This document shows, one piece after another, positions 63,549-64,000 of a DNA stretch of 64,000 bases (the stretch's first letter is position 1; every line of letters begins with the position of its first letter). Source of the stretch: an uncultured bacterium (GTDB lineage Bacteria > Eisenbacteria > RBG-16-71-46 > CAIMUX01); NCBI GenBank assembly GCA_964636385.1, contig CAZWSC010000096.1, positions 131,593-195,592 on the forward strand, in the 5' to 3' direction. The position numbers were made by a program, and so were the translations under genes. Under the pieces are notes generated by a model, which ran no database searches, was not told the DNA's origin, and was given only the letters and a program-made list of their open reading frames with translations.

Positions 63549-64000
63549 TCAGACCTGCAGCAGTGTGAATCTTCTTTCGGCTATGAGCATGTTCCCGAAG
63601 AGCCAGACTTTGAGCATGTACTGACCGGCATCGCGTGATCCCGGAGACAGCGACATGCTCCCGAAGACCGATGCCGTGCCGCCATCAGCCGGATCCACCT
63701 GGCTGGATCTACGGAATATGGTGCCGCCGTCCGGGTCGATCCACTCCAGGGTCACCTCCAGGTCCGCCTCTCCCCTGGCGGAAAGGCCGGTCATGTCAAC
63801 ATAAGCCCGGACCCTCTCGTCCTCCCCGATTGTGAAGCCATCCCTGGCATCCCTGTGTGCGCCCGTCCGTGGATCGGGGGCCTGACCTGCGAAGGTGATC
63901 TCCGCCTGGATGTCGTCCGAAGCATCTCCCGCCTCGAAGAACTTCCGGGCGATCAGCTCCCGGTGAAGGTAGACCTGCAGGGAGTAGCGGCCTGTCTGGC
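63549..64000 (-). CDS. C-terminal part of a hypothetical protein running in from the right window edge
   Basis: The frame is open from 64000 down to stop 63549 (hand translation shows no stop). ...GTIFRRSSQVDPADGG...YMLKVWLFGNMLIAERRFTLLQV*. No family recognised and no CTD tail. Confidence 0.45.
   Translation of the reverse strand, partial: QTGRYSLQVYLHRELIARKFFEAGDASDDIQAEITFAGQAPDPRTGAHRDARDGFTIGEDERVRAYVDMTGLSARGEADLEVTLEWIDPDGGTIFRRSSQVDPADGGTASVFGSMSLSPGSRDAGQYMLKVWLFGNMLIAERRFTLLQV

Noticed and set aside
1-64000. CRISPR arrays, tRNA/rRNA genes, transposases, integrases, reverse transcriptases, toxin-antitoxin pairs
   Set aside because: No regularly spaced repeats, no tRNA T-loop/acceptor patterns in intergenic regions, and no IS or phage hallmark proteins were seen. 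The only DNA repeats are the short tandem repeats reported above.

Overview
High-GC (about 65-70% by eye) bacterial chromosomal fragment, densely coding on both strands, with roughly 45 genes. I found no rRNA, tRNA, CRISPR array, transposase or integrase. Housekeeping genes present: rho, trxA, pnp, maf, xthA, trkA-trkH, ppsR-like, ygiQ, two tandem dacA paralogs, thyX-like, and a eukaryote-type squalene synthase. The accessory content is dominated by large secreted proteins ending in a FlgD/Por-type (T9SS type-A-like) C-terminal sorting domain: an S8 subtilase, a C10 streptopain-like peptidase fused to a beta-helix, two paralogous gingipain-like C25 peptidases in inverted orientation, and a parallel beta-helix protein. 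With the outer-membrane barrels and TPR proteins this suggests (inference) a member of the FCB-group or a related candidate phylum (Gemmatimonadota/Eisenbacteria-like) that uses a type IX secretion system. The most unusual items are: (1) a Rho homologue whose N-terminal helix bundle and OB-fold RNA-binding domain appear replaced by a ~230-aa Arg/Gly/Pro/Thr-rich disordered segment; (2) a tandem-domain ThyX-like protein with complementary degenerate active-site motifs in its two halves, in an operon with two DD-carboxypeptidase paralogs; (3) an outer-membrane barrel + LVIVD beta-propeller/FN3/FGE-domain lipoprotein operon; (4) a GT-C glycosyltransferase + TPR/beta-barrel porin pair (candidate glycan export module); and (5) a sigma70-like promoter overlapped by an inverted repeat in the divergent region between the C25 and beta-helix cargo genes. 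Many long antisense shadow ORFs, typical of high-GC DNA, were rejected. Start codons are often uncertain because TTG/GTG starts are common here. All functional calls rest on motif recognition by eye, with no database search.
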